In this document: positions 1 to 10,101 of the stretch, in pieces
Layout of the letters: each line of letters starts with the position of its first letter
How positions within the stretch are numbered: the stretch's first letter is position 1
Assembly (NCBI GenBank): GCA_963726405.1
Contig: CAVSCF010000009.1
Location: 9,980-73,979, forward strand
Reading direction: 5' to 3'
Source of the DNA: an uncultured beta proteobacterium
Lineage (GTDB): Bacteria > Pseudomonadota > Gammaproteobacteria > Burkholderiales > Burkholderiaceae_F
Length of the DNA stretch: 64,000 nucleotides
Notes under the pieces: generated by a model
Told to the model about the DNA's origin: nothing
Seen by the model: only the letters and a program-made list of their open reading frames with translations
Database searches by the model: none
Translations under genes and position numbers: made by a program

Positions 1-413
1 TCCAGCGCCATGACATCGACCTTCGGATCGAGCAGCGACCGCTTGAGTTCGGCCTCCCGCGCGGCTTCGGCGTCGCCTCTGTGCAGGAAACGATGCGCGA
101 GCTTCTCGAAGCCCTCGTAGCAAAGGAAGAGTCCGCCGACGATCAGCAATGGCACGATGGCCCAGGGCGCAATCGCACTGATGGCCAGCGCCGCGGGCAC
201 CAGAATCGCCTTGTTCACGAGCGAGCCCTTGGCGACCGCCCAGACCACCGGCAACTCGCGCTCGGCGCGGACCCCGGACACCTGTTCGGCATTCAGGGCG
301 AGATCGTCGCCGAGCACGCCCGCCGTCTTCCTGGTGGCGACCTTGGCCAGCGTGGCGACGTCGTCGAGCACGCTGGTGATGTCGTCGAGCAGGGCGAGGA
401 GGCTGGTGGCCAT
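1..413 (-). CDS. DUF808 (YedI-like) inner-membrane protein, partial; the C-terminus runs off the window
   Basis: Reverse complement from the ATG at 413..411 reads [67 protein letters not shown], a typical DUF808 N-terminus. It is absent from the ORF track because there is no stop inside the window. Confidence 0.8.
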   Translation of the reverse strand, partial: MATSLLALLDDITSVLDDVATLAKVATRKTAGVLGDDLALNAEQVSGVRAERELPVVWAVAKGSLVNKAILVPAALAISAIAPWAIVPLLIVGGLFLCYEGFEKLAHRFLHRGDAEAAREAELKRSLLDPKVDVMAL

Positions 414-558
414 GAGCAATTGTCGCCGGTTTCATCCGCGGCGATGAAACGGTGCGCGGCAGCAGGTACCCCGATGTGCTGGCTCCGCAACTGGCAATCA
501 GCGCGCCGCATCGACGCGCCTTCGTCTTCCGCGGCACTCGAGGCGAGCGCCGGACGCG

Positions 559-822
559 CTAGTGGGCAAATTCGACGCGGGCGCTCCGGGCGTGCCGGGG
601 GACAAGCCGCTGCAACGCGCGGGAACCGCCGTAGGCGGGTTCGGTGTCGACGTCCCGTTCCACACCATGCAGGCAGGCAAGCGCGGCGTCGGCCGGCTCG
701 TAGTCGGCCGCGCGCAGCACGCGCACGCACGAGTGGTATGGAGAGAAGTACAGGTACAGCCCCATCGCCGCGACGAAAGCCGTCGCGACGATGGTGGCCG
801 AGAGGATCACCGCGGATTTCAA
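559..822 (-). CDS. hypothetical small membrane protein (about 87 aa, TTG start)
   Basis: Sub-ORF of track ORF 559..1092(-). It has one hydrophobic helix (AVILSATIVATAFVAAMGLYLYF), G/C-rich third positions like real genes here, and starts 11 nt downstream of the efp stop. I recognised no family. Confidence 0.35.
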   Translation of the reverse strand: MKSAVILSATIVATAFVAAMGLYLYFSPYHSCVRVLRAADYEPADAALACLHGVERDVDTEPAYGGSRALQRLVPRHARSARVEFAH

Positions 823-832
823 CGGACGCGGA

Positions 833-1387
833 TCAGACGCGCTTGCGGTACTGGTGCTCGCGCGTGTCGATCTCGATCTTGTCGCCCGTCTGCACGAACA
901 ACGGCACCATGATCTCGAAGCCCGTGGCGAGCTTCGCGCTCTTGAGCACCTTGCCCGAGGTATCTCCCTTGACGGCCGGTTCGGTGTGCACGACTTCGCG
1001 CACCACCGAGGTGGGCAATTCGACGGAGATGGCGCGGCCCTCGTAGAACACCACCGACACCGGCATGTTGTCCTCGAGATAGCTGATCGCATCGCCCATG
1101 TTCTCGGCCTCGACCTCGAACTGGTTGTAGTCGGCGTCCATGAACGCGTACATCGGGTCGGCGAAGTAGGAATAGGTGCAATCCTTCTTGTCGAGGATCA
1201 CCTGGTCCACCTTGTCGTCGGCCTTGAACACGACCTCGGTGCCGGAGTTGCTGAGAAGGCTCTTCAGCTTCATCCGGACCGTCGCGGAGTTGCGGCCGCC
1301 GCGGCTGTACTCGGTGCGCAGCACCACCATCGGGTCCTTGCCGTGCATGATCACGTTGCCGGCGCGAATTTCCTGTGCGATTTTCAT
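833..1387 (-). CDS. efp: elongation factor P, Arg32 (EarP-modified) type
   Basis: The 184-aa [47 protein letters not shown].. has full-length EF-P architecture. Residue 32 at the loop tip is Arg by my count. Confidence 0.97.
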   Translation of the reverse strand: MKIAQEIRAGNVIMHGKDPMVVLRTEYSRGGRNSATVRMKLKSLLSNSGTEVVFKADDKVDQVILDKKDCTYSYFADPMYAFMDADYNQFEVEAENMGDAISYLEDNMPVSVVFYEGRAISVELPTSVVREVVHTEPAVKGDTSGKVLKSAKLATGFEIMVPLFVQTGDKIEIDTREHQYRKRV

Positions 1388-1519
1388 TGCTGATTCTCGT
1401 GCGTGCCTCCGCCGGCGCCAGTTGGCGGGCGGAGTGGCGTGGCGCAGTGACCTGGGGACTGCGCAACGCGATTGGGGTGCGGCCGCAAAACCGGGTCTGG
1501 CCGCGCAAAGCCCATGATT

Positions 1520-2611
1520 TTACCGGTGTTTCTGAACGAATGCGCGCATCGACGAGGCGAGGTCGGGGAGAACCGCCAGCCGTGCACGCCACGCCCGGCA
1601 GTGATCGCGCCACGCCGCCCAAAGGGCGGGTTCGGGCAGGCCGACGCCGGGCCCGGCCGCCGCGGTGTCATTGGAGCGAATTCCGTTCCAGTCGAGCGAG
1701 GCGCGGTCGATGGCCGCGCGCAGATCGCCGGTCGCGGCGGACAGGAACCGCCGGTTGAACGCCGCCAGCTTGGCCGCGTGCGCGGCGTCGTCCTGCGGGT
1801 AGATCTGCCACAGGAACGGCCTGCCGGCCCACTGCGCGCGCACGAACGAGTCTTCGCCCCGGACCAGATTCAGGTCGCACGACCACAGCAGGTGGTCGTA
1901 ATCCGGTTGCGTGAGCAGCGGGAGATAGTGCACACGCAATGCGCCGTGGCTCGACGACGTTCCGAGCAGCGACTGCACCTGCCGGGCGGCGACGCCGGCG
2001 GTGACCAGAAGCAGCGTCGGCTCGGACGAGAGCGTGTCGAGCAGCGCCGGCACGGCCGGGTTGGCATAGCAGAACAGGCTCACGCGGCGCTCACCGACGG
2101 CTGGCGAGATCGACTGCGCGCGCAGCCAGGCTTCCGGCTCGAACGCCGATTGCCGACGGTCGAGGTCGGGCTCGCGGAGCAGACCTCCCGTCTTCGCGGT
2201 GAAGCCCGGATAGAAGAACCACTTGTCCAGCCCGGCCGCCGGCCCGCTCGACTGCGGCGAGTGCAGGCCGTGGTTGCTCTCCACGTAGTCCTCGGCGCTC
2301 AGGTACTCGAGGTTGATCCACGTGGGCCGCGGTTTCCGCGCGGCCATGCGCGTCAGGAAGCCCGGCGGCAGATGGCAGCCGAACGCCTCGACCACCACCT
2401 CGTGCGGCTCGATCCCCGCTTCATCGTCCACCGGCCAGGCGCGGACTTCGACACCAGCTGCGCCGTGCGGCGCCATCCACGCGAGCGCGCTTGCATCGTC
2501 GACCCACAGTCGCACCGCGTCCCCGCGTGCAGCCAGGTCGGCGGCCAGGCGCCAGCACACGCCGATATCGCCGAAGTTGTCGATGACGCGGCAGAAAAGG
2601 TCCCAGCGCAT
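1520..2611 (-). CDS. earP: EF-P arginine-32 rhamnosyltransferase EarP (DUF2331)
   Basis: The 363-aa ORF starts MRWDLFCRVIDNFGDIGVCWRLAADLAARG, the characteristic EarP N-terminus. It lies immediately upstream of efp on the same strand. Confidence 0.9.
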   Translation of the reverse strand: MRWDLFCRVIDNFGDIGVCWRLAADLAARGDAVRLWVDDASALAWMAPHGAAGVEVRAWPVDDEAGIEPHEVVVEAFGCHLPPGFLTRMAARKPRPTWINLEYLSAEDYVESNHGLHSPQSSGPAAGLDKWFFYPGFTAKTGGLLREPDLDRRQSAFEPEAWLRAQSISPAVGERRVSLFCYANPAVPALLDTLSSEPTLLLVTAGVAARQVQSLLGTSSSHGALRVHYLPLLTQPDYDHLLWSCDLNLVRGEDSFVRAQWAGRPFLWQIYPQDDAAHAAKLAAFNRRFLSAATGDLRAAIDRASLDWNGIRSNDTAAAGPGVGLPEPALWAAWRDHCRAWRARLAVLPDLASSMRAFVQKHR

Positions 2612-2683
2612 GGGGAGTGTGAGAGCGGTGCGGGTCGTCCAACCTGCGCGCTTGCGCGGTCGCGCATTCCGCGGGCAGGAGGC

Positions 2684-2768
2684 TGGTGCCCAGGACGGGA
2701 CTCGAACCCGTACGCCTTGCGGCTGCGAATTTTAAGTCCGCTACGTCTACCAATTCCGTCACCCGGGC
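2684..2768 (-). tRNA. tRNA-Leu (anticodon UAA), CCA encoded
   Basis: Reverse complement is GCCCGGGTGACGGAATTGGTAGACGTAGCGGACTTAAAATTCGCAGCCGCAAGGCGTACGGGTTCGAGTCCCGTCCTGGGCACCA. It folds by hand into a 7-bp acceptor stem, anticodon loop CTTAAAA, a long variable arm (class II) and a T-loop TTCGAGT. Confidence 0.9.
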
Positions 2769-2985
2769 GGGCGGCGGTCATCTTACCCGGCGGGATTCGA
2801 AGGGCGCGTCGACAAACGGCGGTCGTTGCAACGCCTGGGCACCGCTCGTCAAGATTCGGGGACCGATGTGATGAACGGTTCGCCGCGGTTCGGGTCGGAG
2901 GAGTAACTTGACCTAAACTTCGAATTCGTCGACGCAACGACGCGTCGCGTTATGCGGGCCGGCACCGCCCCGCGCAAGGCGCCAG

Positions 2986-3429
2986 ATGAAGGTCTTCAAT
3001 CTCTCCTGCGATCTCGATCACGCCTTCGAAGGGTGGTTCGCCTCGGCCGAGGAGTTCGATCGGCAGCTCGCGGCGGGGCTGGTCGAGTGCCCGGTGTGCG
3101 GCAGCCGCGCCACCGGCAAGATGCCCTCGGCGCCACGCCTGAACATCAGCGGCGCGCAGGAGCCGTCCACCGTGAAGGAACCCGTTGCATTGCCGAACGA
3201 AGCGGCGATGCGGGCGATGCTGGCGCAGATGGCGCGTCACATCATGGCGAATGCGGAGGATGTCGGCGAGAACTTTGCCGAAGAGGCACGCCGCATCCAC
3301 TACGAGGAAGCGCCGCGGCGGTCGATCCGCGGCGTCGCGTCGAAAGACGAAGCGGCCGCGCTGGAAGACGAGGGCATCGAAGTGATGCCGCTCCCGTTCG
3401 GCGACCTGCCGAAGACCCCGCTGCAGTAG
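2986..3429 (+). CDS. DUF1178 family protein
   Basis: The 147-aa ORF MKVFNLSCDLDHAFEGWFASAEEFDRQLAAGLVECPVCGS.. matches the DUF1178 N-terminal pattern. Confidence 0.8.
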   Translation: MKVFNLSCDLDHAFEGWFASAEEFDRQLAAGLVECPVCGSRATGKMPSAPRLNISGAQEPSTVKEPVALPNEAAMRAMLAQMARHIMANAEDVGENFAEEARRIHYEEAPRRSIRGVASKDEAAALEDEGIEVMPLPFGDLPKTPLQ

Positions 3430-3448
3430 GCACCGCGCGCAGCGGTTC

Positions 3449-4137
3449 CTACCGCTTCGCGTACTGCTTCGAACCGAACAGGGTCTCCTTGTCCCGGTCG
3501 CTCATCTGCGGCTTGCGACGGTCGGCCAGCACCTTCAAGGCGCGTTGAACGGCCGGGCGCGCATCGATTGCCTCGTACCAGCGCTTCACGTTCGGGTAAT
3601 CGGCCAGGTCGATCCCCTGGTTGGCGTGCGAGCGGGTCCAGGGAAAGAGCGCCATGTCGGCGATGGTGTAGTTCCCGGCGAAGTACTCGACCTCGGCCAG
3701 CCTCTTGTCCATCACTCCGTACAGGCGCTTCGCCTCGTTCGTGTAGCGGTTGATCGCGTACTCGATCTTCTCCGGTGCGTAGATGCGGAAGTGGTGCGCC
3801 TGTCCCAGCATCGGACCGAGCCCGCCCATCTGGAACATGAGCCATTGCAGCGCGACGTACTTGCCGCGCGTGTCGAGCGGCAGGAACAGCCCCGTCTTGC
3901 CCGCGAGATAGAGCAGGATCGCGCCGGACTCGAAGAGCGCGATCGGCTTGCCGTCCGGTCCGTTGTCGTCGACGATGGCCGGGATCTTGTTGTTCGGACT
4001 GATCTTCAGGAAGTCCGCCTTGAACTGGTCGCCCGCGCCGATGTCGACCGCGTGCACCGTGTACGCGAGGGCGCATTCCTCCAGCATGATGTGGACTTTG
4101 TGGCCGTTGGGAGTCGGCCAGGTGTAGAGCTCGATCA

Positions 4138-4138
<1 letters not shown>
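3449..4138 (-). CDS. Nu-class glutathione S-transferase (YfcG-like)
   Basis: The 229-aa ORF MIELYTWPTPNGHKVHIMLEE..FLKISPNNKIPAIVD..LFESGAILLYLAGKTG is near-colinear with E. coli YfcG. Its start overlaps the upstream ACAD stop by 1 nt (TGATG). Confidence 0.85.
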
Positions 4139-5379
<1,241 letters not shown>

Positions 5380-5459
5380 CGTGACTCCTCCTCGAAGGAG
5401 GATAGCGCAGCGTCTTGGACCTCCACGCCGCGCGCGCTACAGTGCCGCGAGGAGGTGAT

Positions 5460-6444
5460 ATGAGAGCCGTTCAATGCGTCGAGTGGGGCCCGCCCGAGAA
5501 GCTCGTGGTGGCGGAGGTCGAGTTGCCGGAGCCGAAGGCCGGTGAGGTCCGCGTGCGGGTGGCCGCGGCAGGCGTGAACTTTCCGGACGCGCTCATCGTC
5601 CAGAAGAAGTACCAGGTGCAGCCGCCATTGCCGTTCACGCCCGGCACGGAAGTGGCAGGCACTGTCGACAAGGTGGGCGAGGGCGTGCGTCACGTGAAAG
5701 CGGGCGACCGCGTGATCGCATTCGTCGGCTTGGGCGGCTTCGCGGAGTTCGCGTGCGCACCCGCTGCGCTGGTCGCCCCGATCCCCGCGGGGGTGAGCGA
5801 CGAGACGGCGGCCGCGTTCACGCTGACGTACGCGACGTCGCACCATGCGCTGTTCGACCGCGGCGCGCTGAAGCGCGGGGAGACGCTGCTGGTGCTCGGT
5901 GCGGGCGGCGGCGTCGGTCTTGCCGCCGTCGAACTCGGCAAGGTCGCGGGGGCGCACGTGATCGCTGCGGCTTCGAGCGCCGAGAAACTGGAGGCGGCCC
6001 GCGAGCATGGCGCCGATGTGTCTGATCGACTACTCGGCGCAGGATCTGCGCGAAGCGGTGAAGGAAGCCACCGAAGGCAAGGGTGTCGACATGGTGTACG
6101 ACCCCGTGGGCGGGCCGCTGACGGAAGCGGCGATCCGTTCGCTTGCATGGCGCGGGCGCCTGCTCGTCATCGGCTTCGCGCAGGGCGAGATCCCGCAGAT
6201 CCCGGCGAATCTGCTGCTCATCAAGGGCACTGTCCGCGGTCGGCGTGTACTGGGGCGAATTCGCGAAACGCGAACCGAAGGCGAATGCGGCCATGCTCGC
6301 CGAACTCTTCGGCTGGCTGGCCGCCGGCACGGTTGCGGCCGCACGTGTCGAAGACGTATCTCGCTGACGGACGTGCCGGCAGCGCTGCGGTCCCTGCTCG
6401 ACCGCACGGCCGTCGGCAAGCTCGTCGTCATTCCGTCGAAGTGA
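5460..6444 (+). pseudogene. NADPH:quinone oxidoreductase / zinc-type alcohol dehydrogenase (MDR family), disrupted by four frame changes
   Basis: GGAGG lies 7 nt before the ATG at 5460, and the N-terminal 187 codons are intact (MRAVQCVEWGPPEKL..GTEVAGTV..LVLGAGGGVGLAAVELGK). The homologous reading then jumps frame 3>1 (~6021), 1>2 (~6229), 2>3 (~6329) and 3>1 (~6361). Stitched, it gives ..GADVLIDYSAQDL..LLLIKGLSAVGVYWGEF..WLAAGRLRPHVSKTYPLTDVPAALRSLLDRTAVGKLVVIPSK. Confidence 0.8.
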
Positions 6445-6550
6445 GGAAGCCGATGGTCGTCGCCGCTCTGCGCGTCGTGCTCGGGCTGCTCGCGCTTGGC
6501 CTGGCGGGCACGAATGCGGAATCGCCGCCGAGCGCGCGATCGACAAGGAG

Positions 6551-7021
6551 GTGGTGGTCACGGCCACACCCGAGCAGGTGTGGGACGCATGGACGACGCG
6601 CGAAGGCATCACGAGCTTCTTCGCGCCGGACGCGAGGATCGACGCGCGCGTGGACGGTGCCTTCGAGATCTACATCAACCCGCTTGCGGAACCGGGGTTG
6701 AAAGGCGCGGACGGCATGCGTTTCATGGCGCTGCAGCCGCCGCGCATGCTGTCGTTCACCTGGAACGCGCCGCCCAGTCTTCCCGAAGCGCGTCAGCAGC
6801 GCACGTTCGTCGTCGTCCGCATCGAGCCGATCGGCGAGAAGGAAACCCGCGTAACGCTGCATCACACGGGCTGGGGTGACGGCGGCGAATGGGACAAGGC
6901 CTACGGCTACTTCGACCGCGCGTGGGGCAACGTGCTGGGAAACCTGAAGAAGCGATTCGAGTCGGGTCCGATCGACTGGACGGCCTGGCTCGAGCAACTG
7001 CGCAAGGCGCAGAAGAAGTGA
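6551..7021 (+). CDS. SRPBCC / Aha1-domain protein
   Basis: The 156-aa ORF has a GTG start and reads ..TPEQVWDAWTTREGITSFFAP..RVDGAFEIY... A signal-peptide-like ORF (ATG 6453, MVVAALRVVLGLLALGLAGTNA) sits upstream in another frame. It would join in frame if one A were restored near 6521. Confidence 0.75.
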   Translation: MVVTATPEQVWDAWTTREGITSFFAPDARIDARVDGAFEIYINPLAEPGLKGADGMRFMALQPPRMLSFTWNAPPSLPEARQQRTFVVVRIEPIGEKETRVTLHHTGWGDGGEWDKAYGYFDRAWGNVLGNLKKRFESGPIDWTAWLEQLRKAQKK

Positions 7022-7202
7022 CCTTCGCCCGGCGCTGGCGTGCACATGGCGCGGCGCGCTCAAGATCGGGCGCAAGGCGACCGGGAAACTGGTGTTGTGC
7101 CCTCAGGCGGGTGGACGACGCCGCCGGTTTGAGCGGGAGATGAGAAAACGAAGCCCGCCCTCGAGATCAATCCCGAAGATCTGGCGAACCGAGGGAGGCC
7201 GA

Positions 7203-7220
7203 CCCGGACTGCAGTCCGGG
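7203..7220. terminator. perfect 18-bp palindrome between convergent genes (possible bidirectional terminator)
   Basis: CCCGGACTGCAGTCCGGG is its own reverse complement. There is no U-tract. Confidence 0.35.
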
Positions 7221-7320
7221 CGTGCAGTCACCATCGATGACGTTGCTGGAAGTTTCCGCGCATGGTCGACGATCCGCGCGCGGTCGACGAGCGCGGCGGC
7301 CGACGCACGGTCTGCTGGTT

Positions 7321-8355
7321 CTAGTTGGTCGCGCGCAAGTAGCGCGGCTCGCTGAAGATCGATGCGAGCTCGACCCGCCGGATCTCCGGATGGTCCGGCA
7401 CCGTGAACAGCACCGGCGCCAGCAGTTCCTCGAACAGCCCACGCAGGCTCCGCGCCCCGGATTTGTATTCGACGGCGAGGTCCGCGATCTCGCCGAACAC
7501 GCGGGGTGCGACGACGAGTTCGACATTCTGCGTCTTCAGGATCGCCTGGAACTGCCGGTAGATGCAGTCGCGCGGCTCCACCAGGATGCGCACGAGCATG
7601 TCGCGCGTGAGCTCACGCAGGCGGGCGACGATCGACAGGCGTCCCGTGAACTCGGGAATCAGCCCGAACTTCACCAGGTCATCGGGCTTCACGCGCTCGT
7701 TGAGGCTTTCGAGGATGCGCCGGTCGTCGGCGGCCGAGGTGGCCACGAAGCCGAACCCGTGGCTGTGCGACATGATCTCCTCGAGCCCGACGAAGGCGCC
7801 GCCGCAGATGAACAGCACGTTCGAGGTATCGAGATAGTCGCCGCTGGACAGCCGCACCGGCGCGCCTTCCATGATCTTCAGCAGCGCGTGCTGCACGCTC
7901 TCGCCGGACGTCCCGTGTTCCGCGGAAAGCGCAGCGGACTTGAGCTTGTCGACTTCGTCGATGAACACGATCCCGCGCTGGGTGCGCTCGATGTCGCCCG
8001 CGGCCTTGTCGTGCAGGCGTTCGAGGATCGCCTGGATCTCCTCGTTGACGTAGCGCGACTGCGCCAGCGAGGTCGCGTCGGCGGTGACGAAGGGAACGGT
8101 CAGCAGGCGGGCCAGCGACTCGCACAGCAGCGTCTTGCCGGTGCCCGTCGGCCCGACGAGCAGCACGTTGCTCTTCGTGATCTCCAACCCTTCGTCGCGC
8201 GCCAGTGCGAGCTTGCGGTAGTGCGCGTAGACCGCCACCGCCAGCGTCCGCTTGGCGGCGTCCTGTCCGATCACGTACTGGTCGAGGTGCCGGACGATGG
8301 CGCTCGGGCTCGGGCAGTCGTCGATGCTCTTCACGGTGTCACGCTCGCTCGGCAT
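7321..8355 (-). CDS. ClpX-like AAA+ ATPase lacking the N-terminal zinc-binding domain
   Basis: The 344-aa ORF is colinear with the ClpX AAA+ module. It has Walker A GPTGTGKT, Walker B IVFIDEVDK, FICGGAF, GLIPEFTGR and GARSLR. Pore-1 is RYVN in place of GYVG, the RKH-loop segment is absent, and an IGF-like loop HGFGFV is retained. Confidence 0.8.
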   Translation of the reverse strand: MPSERDTVKSIDDCPSPSAIVRHLDQYVIGQDAAKRTLAVAVYAHYRKLALARDEGLEITKSNVLLVGPTGTGKTLLCESLARLLTVPFVTADATSLAQSRYVNEEIQAILERLHDKAAGDIERTQRGIVFIDEVDKLKSAALSAEHGTSGESVQHALLKIMEGAPVRLSSGDYLDTSNVLFICGGAFVGLEEIMSHSHGFGFVATSAADDRRILESLNERVKPDDLVKFGLIPEFTGRLSIVARLRELTRDMLVRILVEPRDCIYRQFQAILKTQNVELVVAPRVFGEIADLAVEYKSGARSLRGLFEELLAPVLFTVPDHPEIRRVELASIFSEPRYLRATN

Positions 8356-9382
8356 AGCGCCATCCCAGTTCGGCCAGCGCCCGGGCGTTCTCGCCGGACT
8401 TCAGCGCGTTGTCCGACGACGCGATGCCCTCGGTCGCACGCTTGTATACGCCCTGCAGGATCGCGGCGATCCGGAAGAGGTTGTAGGCGAGGTAGAAGTT
8501 CCAGTGCCCGATCGCCCCGCGCCCGGTGCGCTCGGCGTAGCGCTGCATGTACTCGGACTCGCTCGGGATGCCGAGCGCGGCGAGGTCGAGCCCGGCGATG
8601 CCACGGAAGGCGCCCGGTGCGATGTGCCAGCTCATGCAGTGGTACGAGAAGTCGGCGAGCGGGTGCCCCAGCGTCGACAGTTCCCAGTCGAGGATGGCGA
8701 CGATGCGCGGCTCGGTGGCGTGGAACACCAGGTTGTCCATCCGGTAGTCGCCGTGCACGACCGTCGTTTCGTCGCCCGGCGGGATGTGGTCCGGCAACCA
8801 GTCGATCAGCCGGTCCATCGCCTCGACCGTCTGCGTTTCGGATGCCCGGTACTGCTTGCTCCAGCGGCCGATCTGCCGCGCGAAGTAGTTGCCCGTCTTG
8901 CCGTAGTCGGACAGGCCCGCGCGCTCGATGTCCACGGTGTGCAGCCGTGCGATGACGCGGTTCATCTCGTCATAGATGTCGGCGCGCTCCGCTGCCGACA
9001 CGCCGGGCAGCGACTGCTCCCAGAAGATGCGCCCCTCCACGTGTTCCATGATGTAGAAAGCGCGGCCGATGACGCCCTCGTCCTCCACCAGCAGCAGCGT
9101 CCACGGCACCGGAATGCCCTGGGAGGCCAGCGCGCGCATGACATGGAACTCGCGTTCGATGGCATGCGCCGATGGCAGCAGCTTCGCCGTCGGTCCGGGC
9201 TTGCTGCGCATCACGTAGCGCGCGGTGGGCGTGGTCAGCAGGTAGGTCGGGTTCGACTGGCCGCCCTGGAACTGCTGCACCGACAGCGGACCGCGAAACT
9301 CGGGCAGGTGCTGTTCGAGGTGCGCCGCAAGCCGTTCGACGTCGAAGCGGTGCCGCGCCGTGACTTCGCCAAGCTGACTCAT
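8339..9382 (-). CDS. phosphotransferase (APH / ACAD10-11 N-terminal kinase-like) family protein
   Basis: Internal ATG at 9382 of track ORF 8339..9604. Reads MSQLGEVTARHRFDVERLAAHLEQHLPEF..QFQGGQSNPTYLL..VVHGDYRMDNLVF..ILDWELSTLGHP, with the kinase catalytic HGD..N and DWE motifs. Confidence 0.85.
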   Translation of the reverse strand: MSQLGEVTARHRFDVERLAAHLEQHLPEFRGPLSVQQFQGGQSNPTYLLTTPTARYVMRSKPGPTAKLLPSAHAIEREFHVMRALASQGIPVPWTLLLVEDEGVIGRAFYIMEHVEGRIFWEQSLPGVSAAERADIYDEMNRVIARLHTVDIERAGLSDYGKTGNYFARQIGRWSKQYRASETQTVEAMDRLIDWLPDHIPPGDETTVVHGDYRMDNLVFHATEPRIVAILDWELSTLGHPLADFSYHCMSWHIAPGAFRGIAGLDLAALGIPSESEYMQRYAERTGRGAIGHWNFYLAYNLFRIAAILQGVYKRATEGIASSDNALKSGENARALAELGWRYAERA

Positions 9383-10101
9383 CCATTGCCTCCGGCGCTG
9401 CGCGACGAGCGCAGCTTCATGTACTGGCCGAGCAGGTGCTCCATTGTGGACAGGCGCGAGGCGGTCTGCAGCGTGTCGAGCGCGCAGAAGTTGACGACGC
9501 GCACGATGCTGGTGGCCATGCTCGGTCCAACGTCGATCACGTTCAGGCAGCCCGGGTCCTGTGCCAGGCCGCCGAGGAACTGGGGCTGGCCCGTCAGGAA
9601 CCACGACAGGATCCCGCGGTTGACGCCGCCGTGCAGGACGAGGAGCACCGTATCCCAGTTGTCCTCGGCGAGGAGGCGCTGGATCGCGGGCAGGGTGCGT
9701 TCGAGCAGTTCTCCGATCGTCTCGCCATTGAGGAACCGCGTCTCGAGCGGGACCGGCCCCTCGAAGGCGGCGATGAACGCCGAGCGCAGTTCCGCGTCGG
9801 GGATGCTGGCGAGCTGCCCGCCACGAATCTCCTGCAGTTCGCTGCGATGCTCCACGGGCGGCGTCGCCCCCGCCGCGCGCAGTACGTGCTCGGCCGTCGT
9901 GCGCGTACGCACGAGTCCGCTCGTGATCGCGCGGTCGATCCGGACGCCGGACGCGGCGATGGCCTGGCCCATCGCGCGTGCCTGCTCGATGCCTTGGGTG
10001 GTCAGCGGCACGTCGTCGGGCGGGTAGGGCCGGCCGTGCTCGTCGAAGTATTCGACGGCACCGTGGCGCATCAGCAGGATGCGGCGGCGTTCGACGTGCA
10101 T
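9379..10101 (-). CDS. histidine phosphatase (phosphoglycerate mutase) family protein
   Basis: Starts at the ATG at 10101 and reads MHVERRRILLMRHGAVEYFDE.., carrying the RHG motif and later LVLHGGVNR. Its start and stop overlap both neighbouring genes. Confidence 0.85.
   Translation of the reverse strand: MHVERRRILLMRHGAVEYFDEHGRPYPPDDVPLTTQGIEQARAMGQAIAASGVRIDRAITSGLVRTRTTAEHVLRAAGATPPVEHRSELQEIRGGQLASIPDAELRSAFIAAFEGPVPLETRFLNGETIGELLERTLPAIQRLLAEDNWDTVLLVLHGGVNRGILSWFLTGQPQFLGGLAQDPGCLNVIDVGPSMATSIVRVVNFCALDTLQTASRLSTMEHLLGQYMKLRSSRSAGGNG

Noticed and set aside
2612-2985. An integrase or genomic island adjacent to tRNA-Leu.
   Set aside because: There is no integrase-like ORF, no direct repeat of the tRNA 3' end and no compositional shift on either side. 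The flanks are earP and a DUF1178 gene.
5415-6701. The 428-aa track ORF taken as one real protein.
   Set aside because: Only its first 190 or so residues look like an MDR oxidoreductase. The remainder is Arg/Gly/Pro-rich nonsense, while the true C-terminal homology is found piecewise in the other two frames.
7321-8355. Calling this gene canonical clpX.
   Set aside because: It has no N-terminal C4 zinc-binding domain, an altered pore-1 loop and no RKH loop, and the usual tig-clpP-clpX-lon context is absent. It is annotated as a ClpX-like paralogue instead.
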